Shown piece after piece: positions 39,857 through 54,800 of a stretch of 64,000 nucleotides of DNA. The notes under the pieces were generated by a model. It did no database searches, was not told the DNA's origin, and saw only the letters and a list, made by a program, of their open reading frames with translations. Made by a program: the position numbers and the translations under genes. Numbering within the stretch: position 1 is the stretch's first letter; each line of letters begins with the position of its first letter. The stretch is from the human T2T-CHM13v2.0 reference genome, Homo sapiens: the NCBI RefSeq assembly GCF_009914755.1, contig NC_060931.1; one strand, written 5' to 3'.

Positions 39857-42800
39857 TCATTCTCAGAAACTACTTTGTGATGTGTGCCTTCAACTCACAG
39901 AGTTTAACCTTTCTTTTCTTAGAGCAGTTTAGAAACACTCTGCTTGTTATGTCTGCAAGTGGATATTTGGACCTCTTTGAGGCCTTCGTTGCAAACGGGG
40001 TTTCTTCCTTTCATGCTAGACTAAGAAGAGTTCTCAGTAACTTTTTTGTGTTGTGTGTATTCAACTCACAGAGTTGAACCTTGCTTTAGAGAGAGCAGAT
40101 TTGAAACACTCTTGCTGTGGCATTTTCAGGTGGAGATTTCAAGCGATTTGAGGACAATTGCAGAAAAGGAAATATCTTCGTATAATAACCAGACAGAATC
40201 ATTCTCAGAAAGTGCTTTGTGATGTGTGCGTTCAACTCACAGAGTTTAACCTTTCTTTTCATAGAGGAGTTTGGAAACACACTGTTTGTAAAGTCTGCAA
40301 GTGGATATATGGACCTGTTTGAGGCCTTCGTTGGAAACGGGATTTCTTCATTGAATGCTAGACGGAAGAATTCTCAGTAAATTCTTTGTGTTGTGTGCAT
40401 TCAACTCACAGAGTGGAACGTCCCTTTAGACAGAGCAGATTTGAAACACTCTTTTTGCGGAATTTGCAAGTGGAGATTTCTAGCCATTTGATGCCAACAG
40501 TAGAAAGGGAAATATCTTCAAATAAAAACCAGACAGAATCATTCTCAGAAAATTCTTTGTGATGTGTGCGTTCAACTCACATAGTTTAACCTTTCTTTTC
40601 ATAGAGCAGTTTGGAAACACTCTGTTTGTAAAGTCTGCAAGTGGATATATGGACCGCATTGAGGCCTTCGTTGGAAACGGGATTTCTTCATTTCATGCTA
40701 GTCAGAAGAATTCTCAGTAACTTCTTTGTGCTGTGTGTATTCAACTCACAGAGTGGAACGTCCCTTTGCACAGAGCAGATTTGAAACACTCTTTTTGTGG
40801 AGTTTGCAAGTGGAGATTTCAAGCGATTTGATGCCAACAGTAGAAAAGGAAATATCTTCAAATAAAAACTAGACAGAATCATTCTCAGAAACTACTTTGT
40901 GATGTGTGCCTTCAACTCACAGAGTTTAACCTTTCTTTTCTTAGAGCAGTTTAGAAACACTCTGCTTGTTATGTCTGCAAGTGGATATTTGGACCTCTTT
41001 GAGGCCTTCGTTGCAAACGGGGTTTCTTCCTTTCATGCTAGACTAAGAAGAGTTCTCACTAATTTTTTTGTGTTGTGTGTATTCAACTCACAGAGTTGAA
41101 CCTTGCTTTAGAGAGAGCAGATTTGAAACACTCTTGCTGTGGCATTTTCAGGTGGAGATTTCAAGCGATTTGAGGACAATTGCAGAAAAGGAAATATCTT
41201 CGTATAATAACCAGACAGAATCATTCTCAGAAAGTGCTTTGTGATGTGTGCGTTCAACTCACAGAGTTTAACCTTTCTTTTCATAGAGGAGTTTGGAAAC
41301 ACACTGTTTGTAAAGTCTGCAAGTGGATATATGGACCTGTTTGAGGCCTTCGTTGGAAACGGGATTTCTTCATTGAATGCTAGACGGAAGAATTCTCAGT
41401 AAATTCTTTGTGTTGTGTGCATTCAACTCACAGAGTGGGACGTCCCTTTAGACAGAGCAGATTTGAAACACTCTTTTTGCGGAATTTGCAAGTGGAGATT
41501 TCTAGCCATTTGATGCCAACAGTAGAAAGGGAAATATCTTCAAATAAAAACCAGACAGAATCATTCTCAGAAAATTCTTTGTGATGTGTGCGTTCAACTC
41601 ACATAGTTTAACCTTTCTTTTCATAGAGCAGTTTGGAAACACTCTGTTTGTAAAGTCTGCAAGTGGATATATGGACCGCATTGAGGCCTTCGTTGGAAAC
41701 GGGATTTCTTCATTTCATGCTAGACAGAAGAATTCTCAGTAACTTCTTTGTGCTGTGTGTATTCAACTCACAGAGTGGAACGTCCCTTTGCACAGAGCAG
41801 ATTTGAAACACTCTTTTTGTGGAGTTTGCAAGTGGAGATTTCAAGCGATTTGATGCCAACAGTAGAAAAGGAAATATCTTCAAATAAAAACTAGACAGAA
41901 TCATTCTCAGAAACTACTTTGTGATGTGTGCCTTCAACTCACAGAGTTTAACCTTTCTTTTCTTAGAGCAGTTTAGAAACACTCTGCTTGTTATGTCTGC
42001 AAGTGGATATTTGGACCTCTTTGAGGCCTTCGTTGCAAACGGGGTTTCTTCCTTTCATGCTAGACTAAGAAGAGTTCTCAGTAACTTTTTTGTGTTGTGT
42101 GTATTCAACTCACAGAGTTGAACCTTGCTTTAGAGAGAGCAGATTTGAAACACTCTTGCTGTGGCATTTTCAGGTGGAGATTTCAAGCGATTTGAGGACA
42201 ATTGCAGAAAAGGAAATATCTTCGTATAATAACCAGACAGAATCATTCTCAGAAAGTGCTTTGTGATGTGTGCGTTCAACTCACAGAGTTTAACCTTTCT
42301 TTTCATAGAGGAGTTTGGAAACACACTGTTTGTAAAGTCTGCAAGTGGATATATGGACCTGTTTGAGGCCTTCGTTGGAAACGGGATTTCTTCATTGAAT
42401 GCTAGACGGAAGAATTCTCAGTAAATTCTTTGTGTTGTGTGCATTCAACTCACAGAGTGGAACGTCCCTTTAGACAGAGCAGATTTGAAACACTCTTTTT
42501 GCGGAATTTGCAAGTGGAGATTTCTAGCCATTTGATGCCAACAGTAGAAAGGGAAATATCTTCAAATAAAAACCAGACAGAATCATTCTCAGAAAATTCT
42601 TTGTGATGTGTGCGTTCAACTCACATAGTTTAACCTTTCTTTTCATAGAGCAGTTTGGAAACACTCTGTTTGTAAAGTCTGCAAGTGGATATATGGACCG
42701 CATTGAGGCCTTCGTTGGAAACGGGATTTCTTCATTTCATGCTAGACAGAAGAATTCTCAGTAACTTCTTTGTGCTGTGTGTATTCAACTCACAGAGTGG

Positions 42801-45800
42801 AACGTCCCTTTGCACAGAGCAGATTTGAAACACTCTTTTTGTGGAGTTTGCAAGTGGAGATTTCAAGCGATTTGATGCCAACAGTAGAAAAGGAAATATC
42901 TTCAAATAAAAACTAGACAGAATCATTCTCAGAATCTACTTTGTGATGTGTGCCTTCAACTCACAGAGTTTAACCTTTCTTTTCTTAGAGCAGTTTAGAA
43001 ACACTCTGCTTGTTATGTCTGCAAGTGGATATTTGGACCTCTTTGAGGCCTTCGTTGCAAACGGGGTTTCTTCCTTTCATGCTAGACTAAGAAGAGTTCT
43101 CAGTAACTTTTTTGTGTTGTGTGTATTCAACTCACAGAGTTGAACCTTGCTTTAGAGAGAGCAGATTTGAAACACTCTTGCTGTGGCATTTTCAGGTGGA
43201 GATTTCAAGCGATTTGAGGACAATTGCAGAAAAGGAAATATCTTCGTATAATAACCAGACAGAATCATTCTCAGAAAGTGCTTTGTGATGTGTGCGTTCA
43301 ACTCACAGAGTTTAACCTTTCTTTTCATAGAGGAGTTTGGAAACACACTGTTTGTAAAGTCTGCAAGTGGATATATGGACCTGTTTGAGGCCTTCGTTGG
43401 AAACGGGATTTCTTCATTGAATGCTAGACGGAAGAATTCTCAGTAAATTCTTTGTGTTGTGTGCATTCAACTCACAGAGTGGAACGTCCCTTTAGACAGA
43501 GCAGATTTGAAACACTCTTTTTGCGGAATTTGCAAGTGGAGATTTCTAGCCATTTGATGCCAACAGTAGAAAGGGAAATATCTTCAAATAAAAACCAGAC
43601 AGAATCATTCTCAGAAAATTCTTTGTGATGTGTGCGTTCAACTCACATAGTTTAACCTTTCTTTTCATAGAGCAGTTTGGAAACACTCTGTTTGTAAAGT
43701 CTGCAAGTGGATATATGGACCGCATTGAGGCCTTCGTTGGAAACGGGATTTCTTCATTTCATGCTAGACAGAAGAATTCTCAGTAACTTCTTTGTGCTGT
43801 GTGTATTCAACTCACAGAGTGGAACGTCCCTTTGCACAGAGCAGATTTGAAACACTCTTTTTGTGGAATTTGCAAGTGGAGATTTCAAGCGATTTGATGC
43901 CAACAGTAGAAAAGGAAATATCTTCAAATAAAAACTAGACAGAATCATTCTCAGAAACTACATTGTGATGTGTGCCTTCAACTCACAGAGTTTAACCTTT
44001 CTTTTCTTAGGGCAGTTTAGAAACACTCTGCTTGTTATGTCTGCAAGTGGATATTTGGACCTCTTTGAGGCCTTCGTTGCAAACGGGGTTTCTTCCTTTA
44101 ATGCTAGACTAAGAAGAGTTCTCAGTAACTTTTTTGTGTTGTGTGTATTCAACTCACAGAGTTGAACCTTGCTTTAGAGAGAGCAGATTTGAAACACTCT
44201 TGCTGTGGCATTTTCAGGTGGAGATTTCAAGCGATTTGAGGACAATTGTAGAAAAGGAAATATCTTCGTATAATAACCAGACAGAATCATTCTCAGAAAG
44301 TGCTTTGTGATGTGTGCGTTCAACTCACAGAGTTTAACCTTTCTTTTCATAGAGGAGTTTGGAAACACACTGTTTGTAAAGTCTGCAATTGGATATATGG
44401 ACCTGTTTGAGGCCTTCGTTGGAAAAGGGATTTTATCATATAATGCTAGACGGAAGAATTCTCAGTAAATTCTTTGTGTTGTGTGCATTCAACTCACAGA
44501 GTTAAACGTCCCTTTAGACAGAGCAGATTTGAAACACTCTTTTTGCGGAATTTGCAAGTGGGGATTTCTAGCCATTTGATGCCAACAGTAGAAAGGGAAA
44601 TATCTTCAAATAAAAACCAGACAGAATCATTCTCAGAAAATTCTTTGTGATGTGTGCGTTCAACTCACATAGTTTAACCTTTCTTTTCATAGAGCAGTTT
44701 GGAAACACTCTGTTTGTAAAGTCTGCAAGTGGATATATGGACCGCATTGAGGCCTTCGTTGGAAACGGGATTTCTTCATTTCATGCTAGACAGAAGAATT
44801 CTCAGTAACTTCTTTGTGCTGTGTGTATTCAACTCACAGAGTGGAACGTCCCTTTGCACAGAGCAGATTTGAAACACTCTTTTTTTGGAGTTTGCAAGTG
44901 GAGATTTCAAGCGATTTGATGCCAACAGTAGAAAAGGAAATATCTTCAAATAAAAACTAGACAGAATCATTCTCAGAAACTACTTTGTGATGTGTGCCTT
45001 CAACTCACAGAGTTTAACCTTTCTTTTCTTAGAGCAGTTTAGAAACACTCTGCTTGTTATGTCTGCAAGTGGATATTTGGACCTCTTTGAGGCCTTCGTT
45101 GCAAACGGGGTTTCTTCCTTTCATGCTAGACTAAGAAGAGTTCTCAGTAACTTTTTTGTGTTGTGTGTATTCAACTCACAGAGTTGAACCTTGCTTTAGA
45201 GAGAGCAGATTTGAAACACTCTTGCTGTGGCATTTTCAGGTGGAGATTTCAAGCGATTTGAGGACAATTGCAGAAAAGGAAATATCTTCGTATAATAACC
45301 AGACAGAATCATTCTCAGAAAGTGCTTTGTGATGTGTGCGTTCAACTCACAGAGTTTAACCTTTCTTTTCATAGAGGAGTTTGGAAACACACTGTTTGTA
45401 AAGTCTGCAAGTGGATATATGGACCTGTTTGAGGCCTTCGTTGGAAACGGGATTTCTTCATTGAATGCTAGACGGAAGAATTCTCAGTAAATTCTTTGTG
45501 TTGTGTGCATTCAACTCACAGAGTGGGACGTCCCTTTAGACAGAGCAGATTTGAAACACACTTTTTGCGGAATTTGCAAGTGGAGATTTCTAGCCATTTG
45601 ATGCCAACAGTAGAAAGGGAAATATCTTCAAATAAAAACCAGACAGAATCATTCTCAGAAAATTCTTTGTGATGTGTGCGTTCAACTCACATAGTTTAAC
45701 CTTTCTTTTCATAGAGCAGTTTGGAAACACTCTGTTTGTAAAGTCTGCAAGTGGATATATGGACCGCATTGAGGCCTTCGTTGGAAACGGGATTTCTTCA

Positions 45801-48800
45801 TTTCATGCTAGACAGAAGAATTCTCAGTAACTTCTTTGTGCTGTGTGTATTCAACTCACAGAGTGGAACGTCCCTTTGCACAGAGCAGATTTGAAACACT
45901 CTTTTTGTGGAGTTTGCAAGTGGAGATTTCAAGCGATTTGATGCCAACAGTAGAAAAGGAAATATCTTCAAATAAAAACTAGACAGAATCATTCTCAGAA
46001 ACTACTTTGTGATGTGTGCCTTCAACTCACAGAGTTTAACCTTTCTTTTCTTAGAGCAGTTTAGAAACACTCTGCTTGTTATGTCTGCAAGTGGATATTT
46101 GGACCTCTTTGAGGCCTTCGTTGCAAACGGGGTTTCTTCCTTTCATGCTAGACTAAGAAGAGTTCTCAGTAACTTTTTTGTGTTGTGTGTATTCAACTCA
46201 CAGAGTTGAACCTTGCTTTAGAGAGAGCAGATTTGAAACACTCTTGCTGTGGCATTTTCAGGTGGAGATTTCAAGCGATTTGAGGACAATTGCAGAAAAG
46301 GAAATATCTTCGTATAATAACCAGACAGAATCATTCTCAGAAAGTGCTTTGTGATGTGTGCGTTCAACTCACAGAGTTTAACCTTTCTTTTCATAGAGGA
46401 GTTTGGAAACACACTGTTTGTAAAGTCTGCAAGTGGATATATGGACCTGTTTGAGGCCTTCGTTGGAAACGGGATTTCTTCATTGAATGCTAGACGGAAG
46501 AATTCTCAGTAAATTCTTTGTGTTGTGTGCATTCAACTCACAGAGTGGAACGTCCCTTTAGACAGAGCAGATTTGAAACACTCTTTTTGCGGAATTTGCA
46601 AGTGGAGATTTCTAGCCATTTGATGCCAACAGTAGAAAGGGAAATATCTTCAAATAAAAACCAGACAGAATCATTCTCAGAAAATTCTTTGTGATGTGTG
46701 CGTTCAACTCACATAGTTTAACCTTTCTTTTCATAGAGCAGTTTGGAAACACTCTGTTTGTAAAGTCTGCAAGTGGATATATGGACCGCATTGAGGCCTT
46801 CGTTGGAAACGGGATTTCTTCATTTCATGCTAGACAGAAGAATTCTCAGTAACTTCTTTGTGCTGTGTGTATTCAACTCACAGAGTGGAACGTCCCTTTG
46901 CACAGAGCAGATTTGAAACACTCTTTTTGTGGAGTTTGCAAGTGGAGATTTCAAGCGATTTGATGCCAACAGTAGAAAAGGAAATATCTTCAAATAAAAA
47001 CTAGACAGAATCATTCTCAGAATCTACTTTGTGATGTGTGCCTTCAACTCACAGAGTTTAACCTTTCTTTTCTTAGAGCAGTTTAGAAACACTCTGCTTG
47101 TTATGTCTGCAAGTGGATATTTGGACCTCTTTGAGGCCTTCGTTGCAAACGGGGTTTCTTCCTTTCATGCTAGACTAAGAAGAGTTCTCAGTAACTTTTT
47201 TGTGTTGTGTGTATTCAACTCACAGAGTTGAACCTTGCTTTAGAGAGAGCAGATTTGAAACACTCTTGCTGTGGCATTTTCAGGTGGAGATTTCAAGCGA
47301 TTTGAGGACAATTGCAGAAAAGGAAATATCTTCGTATAATAACCAGACAGAATCATTCTCAGAAAGTGCTTTGTGATGTGTGCGTTCAACTCACAGAGTT
47401 TAACCTTTCTTTTCATAGAGGAGTTTGGAAACACACTGTTTGTAAAGTCTGCAAGTGGATATATGGACCTGTTTGAGGCCTTCGTTGGAAACGGGATTTC
47501 TTCATTGAATGCTAGACGGAAGAATTCTCAGTAAATTCTTTGTGTTGTGTGCATTCAACTCACAGAGTGGAACGTCCCTTTAGACAGAGCAGATTTGAAA
47601 CACTCTTTTTGCGGAATTTGCAAGTGGAGATTTCTAGCCATTTGATGCCAACAGTAGAAAGGGAAATATCTTCAAATAAAAACCAGACAGAATCATTCTC
47701 AGAAAATTCTTTGTGATGTGTGCGTTCAACTCACATAGTTTAACCTTTCTTTTCATAGAGCAGTTTGGAAACACTCTGTTTGTAAAGTCTGCAAGTGGAT
47801 ATATGGACCGCATTGAGGCCTTCGTTGGAAACGGGATTTCTTCATTTCATGCTAGACAGAAGAATTCTCAGTAACTTCTTTGTGCTGTGTGTATTCAACT
47901 CACAGAGTGGAACGTCCCTTTGCACAGAGCAGATTTGAAACACTCTTTTTGTGGAGTTTGCAAGTGGAGATTTCAAGCGATTTGATGCCAACAGTAGAAA
48001 AGGAAATATCTTCAAATAAAAACTAGACAGAATCATTCTCAGAAACTACTTTGTGATGTGTGCCTTCAACTCACAGAGTTTAACCTTTCTTTTCTTAGAG
48101 CAGTTTAGAAACACTCTGCTTGTTATGTCTGCAAGTGGATATTTGGACCTCTTTGAGGCCTTCGTTGCAAACGGGGTTTCTTCCTTTCATGCTAGACTAA
48201 GAAGAGTTCTCAGTAACTTTTTTGTGTTGTGTGTATTCAACTCACAGAGTTGAACCTTGCTTTAGAGAGAGCAGATTTGAAACACTCTTGCTGTGGCATT
48301 TTCAGGTGGAGATTTCAAGCGATTTGAGGACAATTGCAGAAAAGGAAATATCTTCGTATAATAACCAGACAGAATCATTCTCAGAAAGTGCTTTGTGATG
48401 TGTGCGTTCAACTCACAGAGTTTAACCTTTCTTTTCATAGAGGAGTTTGGAAACACACTGTTTGTAAAGTCTGCAAGTGGATATATGGACCTGTTTGAGG
48501 CCTTCGTTGGAAACGGGATTTCTTCATTGAATGCTAGACGGAAGAATTCTCAGTAAATTCTTTGTGTTGTGTGCATTCAACTCACAGAGTGGAACGTCCC
48601 TTTAGACAGAGCAGATTTGAAACACTCTTTTTGCGGAATTTGCAAGTGGAGATTTCTAGCCATTTGATGCCAACAGTAGAAAGGGAAATATCTTCAAATA
48701 AAAACCAGACAGAATCATTCTCAGAAAATTCTTTGTGATGTGTGCGTTCAACTCACATAGTTTAACCTTTCTTTTCATAGAGCAGTTTGGAAACACTCTG

Positions 48801-51800
48801 TTTGTAAAGTCTGCAAGTGGATATATGGACCGCATTGAGGCCTTCGTTGGAAACGGGATTTCTTCATTTCATGCTAGTCAGAAGAATTCTCAGTAACTTC
48901 TTTGTGCTGTGTGTATTCAACTCACAGAGTGGAACGTCCCTTTGCACAGAGCAGATTTGAAACACTCTTTTTGTGGAGTTTGCAAGTGGAGATTTCAAGC
49001 GATTTGATGCCAACAGTAGAAAAGGAAATATCTTCAAATAAAAACTAGACAGAATCATTCTCAGAAACTACTTTGTGATGTGTGCCTTCAACTCACAGAG
49101 TTTAACCTTTCTTTTCTTAGAGCAGTTTAGAAACACTCTGCTTGTTATGTCTGCAAGTGGATATTTGGACCTCTTTGAGGCCTTCGTTGCAAACGGGGTT
49201 TCTTCCTTTCATGCTAGACTAAGAAGAGTTCTCACTAACTTTTTTGTGTTGTGTGTATTCAACTCACAGAGTTGAACCTTGCTTTAGAGAGAGCAGATTT
49301 GAAACACTCTTGCTGTGGCATTTTCAGGTGGAGATTTCAAGCGATTTGAGGACAATTGCAGAAAAGGAAATATCTTCGTATAATAACCAGACAGAATCAT
49401 TCTCAGAAAGTGCTTTGTGATGTGTGCGTTCAACTCACAGAGTTTAACCTTTCTTTTCATAGAGGAGTTTGGAAACACACTGTTTGTAAAGTCTGCAAGT
49501 GGATATATGGACCTGTTTGAGGCCTTCGTTGGAAACGGGATTTCTTCATTGAATGCTAGACGGAAGAATTCTCAGTAAATTCTTTGTGTTGTGTGCATTC
49601 AACTCACAGAGTGGAACGTCCCTTTAGACAGAGCAGATTTGAAACACTCTTTTTGCGGAATTTGCAAGTGGAGATTTCTAGCCATTTGATGCCAACAGTA
49701 GAAAGGGAAATATCTTCAAATAAAAACCAGACAGAATCATTCTCAGAAAATTCTTTGTGATGTGTGCGTTCAACTCACATAGTTTAACCTTTCTTTTCAT
49801 AGAGCAGTTTGGAAACACTCTGTTTGTAAAGTCTGCAAGTGGATATATGGACCGCATTGAGGCCTTCGTTGGAAACGGGATTTCTTCATTTCATGCTAGA
49901 CAGAAGAATTCTCAGTAACTTCTTTGTGCTGTGTGTATTCAACTCACAGAGTGGAACGTCCCTTTGCACAGAGCAGATTTGAATCACTCTTTTTGTGGAG
50001 TTTGCAAGTGGAGATTTCAAGCGATTTGATGCCAACAGTAGAAAAGGAAATATCTTCAAATAAAAACTAGACAGAATCATTCTCAGAAACTACTTTGTGA
50101 TGTGTGCCTTCAACTCACAGAGTTTAACCTTTCTTTTCTTAGAGCAGTTTAGAAACACTCTGCTTGTTATGTCTGCAAGTGGATATTTGGACCTCTTTGA
50201 GGCCTTCGTTGCAAACGGGGTTTCTTCCTTTCATGCTAGACTAAGAAGAGTTCTCAGTAACTTTTTTGTGTTGTGTGTATTCAACTCACAGAGTTGAACC
50301 TTGCTTTAGAGAGAGCAGATTTGAAACACTCTTGCTGTGGCATTTTCAGGTGGAGATTTCAAGCGATTTGAGGACAATTGCAGAAAAGGAAATATCTTCG
50401 TATAATAACCAGACAGAATCATTCTCAGAAAGTGCTTTGTGATGTGTGCGTTCAACTCACAGAGTTTAACCTTTCTTTTCATAGAGGAGTTTGGAAACAC
50501 ACTGTTTGTAAAGTCTGCAAGTGGATATATGGACCTGTTTGAGGCCTTCGTTGGAAACGGGATTTCTTCATTGAATGCTAGACGGAAGAATTCTCAGTAA
50601 ATTCTTTGTGTTGTGTGCATTCAACTCACAGAGTGGAACGTCCCTTTAGACAGAGCAGATTTGAAACACTCTTTTTGCGGAATTTGCAAGTGGAGATTTC
50701 TAGCCATTTGATGCCAACAGTAGAAAGGGAAATATCTTCAAATAAAAACCAGACAGAATCATTCTCAGAAAATTCTTTGTGATGTGTGCGTTCAACTCAC
50801 ATAGTTTAACCTTTCTTTTCATAGAGCAGTTTGGAAACACTCTGTTTGTAAAGTCTGCAAGTGGATATATGGACCGCATTGAGGCCTTCGTTGGAAACGG
50901 GATTTCTTCATTTCATGCTAGACAGAAGAATTCTCAGTAACTTCTTTGTGCTGTGTGTATTCAACTCACAGAGTGGAACGTCCCTTTGCACAGAGCAGAT
51001 TTGAAACACTCTTTTTGTGGAGTTTGCAAGTGGAGATTTCAAGCGATTTGATGCCAACAGTAGAAAAGGAAATATCTTCAAATAAAAACTAGACAGAATC
51101 ATTCTCAGAAACTACTTTGTGATGTGTGCCTTCAACTCACAGAGTTTAACCTTTCTTTTCTTAGAGCAGTTTAGAAACACTCTGCTTGTTATGTCTGCAA
51201 GTGGATATTTGGACCTCTTTGAGGCCTTCGTTGCAAACGGGGTTTCTTCCTTTCATGCTAGACTAAGAAGAGTTCTCAGTAACTTTTTTGTGTTGTGTGT
51301 ATTCAACTCACAGAGTTGAACCTTGCTTTAGAGAGAGCAGATTTGAAACACTCTTGCTGTGGCATTTTCAGGTGGAGATTTCAAGCGATTTGAGGACAAT
51401 TGCAGAAAAGGAAATATCTTCGTATAATAACCAGACAGAATCATTCTCAGAAAGTGCTTTGTGATGTGTGCGTTCAACTCACAGAGTTTAACCTTTCTTT
51501 TCATAGAGGAGTTTGGAAACACACTGTTTGTAAAGTCTGCAAGTGGATATATGGACCTGTTTGAGGCCTTCGTTGGAAACGGGATTTCTTCATTGAATGC
51601 TAGACGGAAGAATTCTCAGTAAATTCTTTGTGTTGTGTGCATTCAACTCACAGAGTGGAACGTCCCTTTAGACAGAGCAGATTTGAAACACTCTTTTTGC
51701 GGAATTTGCAAGTGGAGATTTCTAGCCATTTGATGCCAACAGTAGAAAGGGAAATATCTTCAAATAAAAACCAGACAGAATCATTCTCAGAAAATTCTTT

Positions 51801-54800
51801 GTGATGTGTACGTTCAACTCACATAGTTTAACCTTTCTTTTCATAGAGCAGTTTGGAAACACTCTGTTTGTAAAGTCTGCAAGTGGATATATGGACCGCA
51901 TTGAGGCCTTCGTTGGAAACGGGATTTCTTCATTTCATGCTAGACAGAAGAATTCTCAGTAACTTCTTTGTGCTGTGTGTATTCAACTCACAGAGTGGAA
52001 CGTCCCTTTGCACAGAGCAGATTTGAAACACTCTTTTTGTGGAGTTTGCAAGTGGAGATTTCAAGCGATTTGATGCCAACAGTAGAAAAGGAAATATCTT
52101 CAAATAAAAACTAGACAGAATCATTCTCAGAAACTACTTTGTGATGTGTGCCTTCAACTCACAGAGTTTAACCTTTCTTTTCTTAGAGCAGTTTAGAAAC
52201 ACTCTGCTTGTTATGTCTGCAAGTGGATATTTGGACCTCTTTGAGGCCTTCGTTGCAAACGGGGTTTCTTCCTTTCATGCTAGACTAAGAAGAGTTCTCA
52301 GTAACTTTTTTGTGTTGTGTGTATTCAACTCACAGAGTTGAACCTTGCTTTAGAGAGAGCAGATTTGAAACACTCTTGCTGTGGCATTTTCAGGTGGAGA
52401 TTTCAAGCGATTTGAGGACAATTGCAGAAAAGGAAATATCTTCGTATAATAACCAGACAGAATCATTCTCAGAAAGTGCTTTGTGATGTGTGCGTTCAAC
52501 TCACAGAGTTTAACCTTTCTTTTCATAGAGGAGTTTGGAAACACACTGTTTGTAAAGTCTGCAAGTGGATATATGGACCTGTTTGAGGCCTTCGTTGGAA
52601 ACGGGATTTCTTCATTGAATGCTAGACGGAAGAATTCTCAGTAAATTCTTTGTGTTGTGTGCATTCAACTCACAGAGTGGGACGTCCCTTTAGACAGAGC
52701 AGATTTGAAACACTCTTTTTGCGGAATTTGCAAGTGGAGATTTCTAGCCATTTGATGCCAACAGTAGAAAGGGAAATATCTTCAAATAAAAACCAGACAG
52801 AATCATTCTCAGAAAATTCTTTGTGATGTGTGCGTTCAACTCACATAGTTTAACCTTTCTTTTCATAGAGCAGTTTGGAAACACTCTGTTTGTAAAGTCT
52901 GCAAGTGGATATATGGACCGCATTGAGGCCTTCGTTGGAAACGGGATTTCTTCATTTCATGCTAGACAGAAGAATTCTCAGTAACTTCTTTGTGCTGTGT
53001 GTATTCAACTCACAGAGTGGAACGTCCCTTTGCACAGAGCAGATTTGAAACACTCTTTTTGTGGAGTTTGCAAGTGGAGATTTCAAGCGATTTGATGCCA
53101 ACAGTAGAAAAGGAAATATCTTCAAATAAAAACTAGACAGAATCATTCTCAGAAACTACTTTGTGATGTGTGCCTTCAACTCACAGAGTTTAACCTTTCT
53201 TTTCTTAGAGCAGTTTAGAAACACTCTGCTTGTTATGTCTGCAAGTGGATATTTGGACCTCTTTGAGGCCTTCGTTGCAAACGGGGTTTCTTCATTGAAT
53301 GCTAAACTAAGAAGAGTTCTCAGTAACATTTTTGTGTTGTGTGTATTCAACTCACAGAGTTGAACCTTGCTTTAGAGAGAGCAGATTTGAAACACTCTTG
53401 CTGTGGCATTTTCAGGTGGAGATTTCAAGCGATTTGAGGACAATTGCAGAAAAGGAAATATCTTCGTATAATAACCAGACAGAATCATTCTCAGAAAGTG
53501 CTTTGTGATGTGTGCGTTCAACTCACAGAGTTTAACCTTTCTTTTCATAGAGGAGTTTGGAAACACACTGTTTGTAAAGTCTGCAAGTGGATATATGGAC
53601 CTGTTTGAGGCCTTCGTTGGAAACGGGATTTCTTCATTGAATGCTAGACGGAAGAATTCTCAGTAAATTCTTTGTGTTGTGTGCATTCAACTCACAGAGT
53701 GGAACGTCCCTTTAGACAGAGCAGATTTGAAACACTCTTTTTGCGGAATTTGCAAGTGGAGATTTCTAGCCATTTGATGCCAACAGTAGAAAGGGAAATA
53801 TCTTCAAATAAAAACCAGACAGAATCATTCTCAGAAAATTCTTTGTGATGTGTGCGTTCAACTCACATAGTTTAACCTTTCTTTTCATAGAGCAGTTTGG
53901 AAACACTCTGTTTGTAAAGTCTGCAAGTGGATATATGGACCGCATTGAGGCCTTCGTTGGAAACGGGATTTCTTCATTTCATGCTAGACAGAAGAATTCT
54001 CAGTAACTTCTTTGTGCTGTGTGTATTCAACTCACAGAGTGGAACGTCCCTTTACACAGAGCAGATTTGAAACACTCTTTTTGTGGAGTTTGCAAGTGGA
54101 GATTTCAAGCGATTTGATGCCAACAGTAGAAAAGGAAATATCTTCAAATAAAAACTAGACAGAATCATTCTCAGAAACTACTTTGTGATGTGTGCCTTCA
54201 ACTCACAGAGTTTAACCTTTCTTTTCTTAGAGCAGTTTAGAAACACTCTGCTTGTTATGTCTGCAAGTGGATATTTGGACCTCTTTGAGGCCTTCGTTGC
54301 AAACGGGGTTTCTTCCTTTCATGCTAGACTAAGAAGAGTTCTCAGTAACTTTTTTGTGTTGTGTGTATTCAACTCACAGAGTTGAACCTTGCTTTAGAGA
54401 GAGCAGATTTGAAACACTCTTGCTGTGGCATTTTCAGGTGGAGATTTCAAGCGATTTGAGGACAATTGCAGAAAAGGAAATATCTTCGTATAATAACCAG
54501 ACAGAATCATTCTCAGAAAGTGCTTTGTGATGTGTGCGTTCAACTCACAGAGTTTAACCTTTCTTTTCATAGAGGAGTTTGGAAACACACTGTTTGTAAA
54601 GTCTGCAAGTGGATATATGGACCTGTTTGAGGCCTTCGTTGGAAACGGGATTTCTTCATTGAATGCTAGACGGAAGAATTCTCAGTAAATTCTTTGTGTT
54701 GTGTGCATTCAACTCACAGAGTGGAACGTCCCTTTAGACAGAGCAGATTTGAAACACTCTTTTTGCGGAATTTGCAAGTGGAGATTTCTAGCCATTTGAT

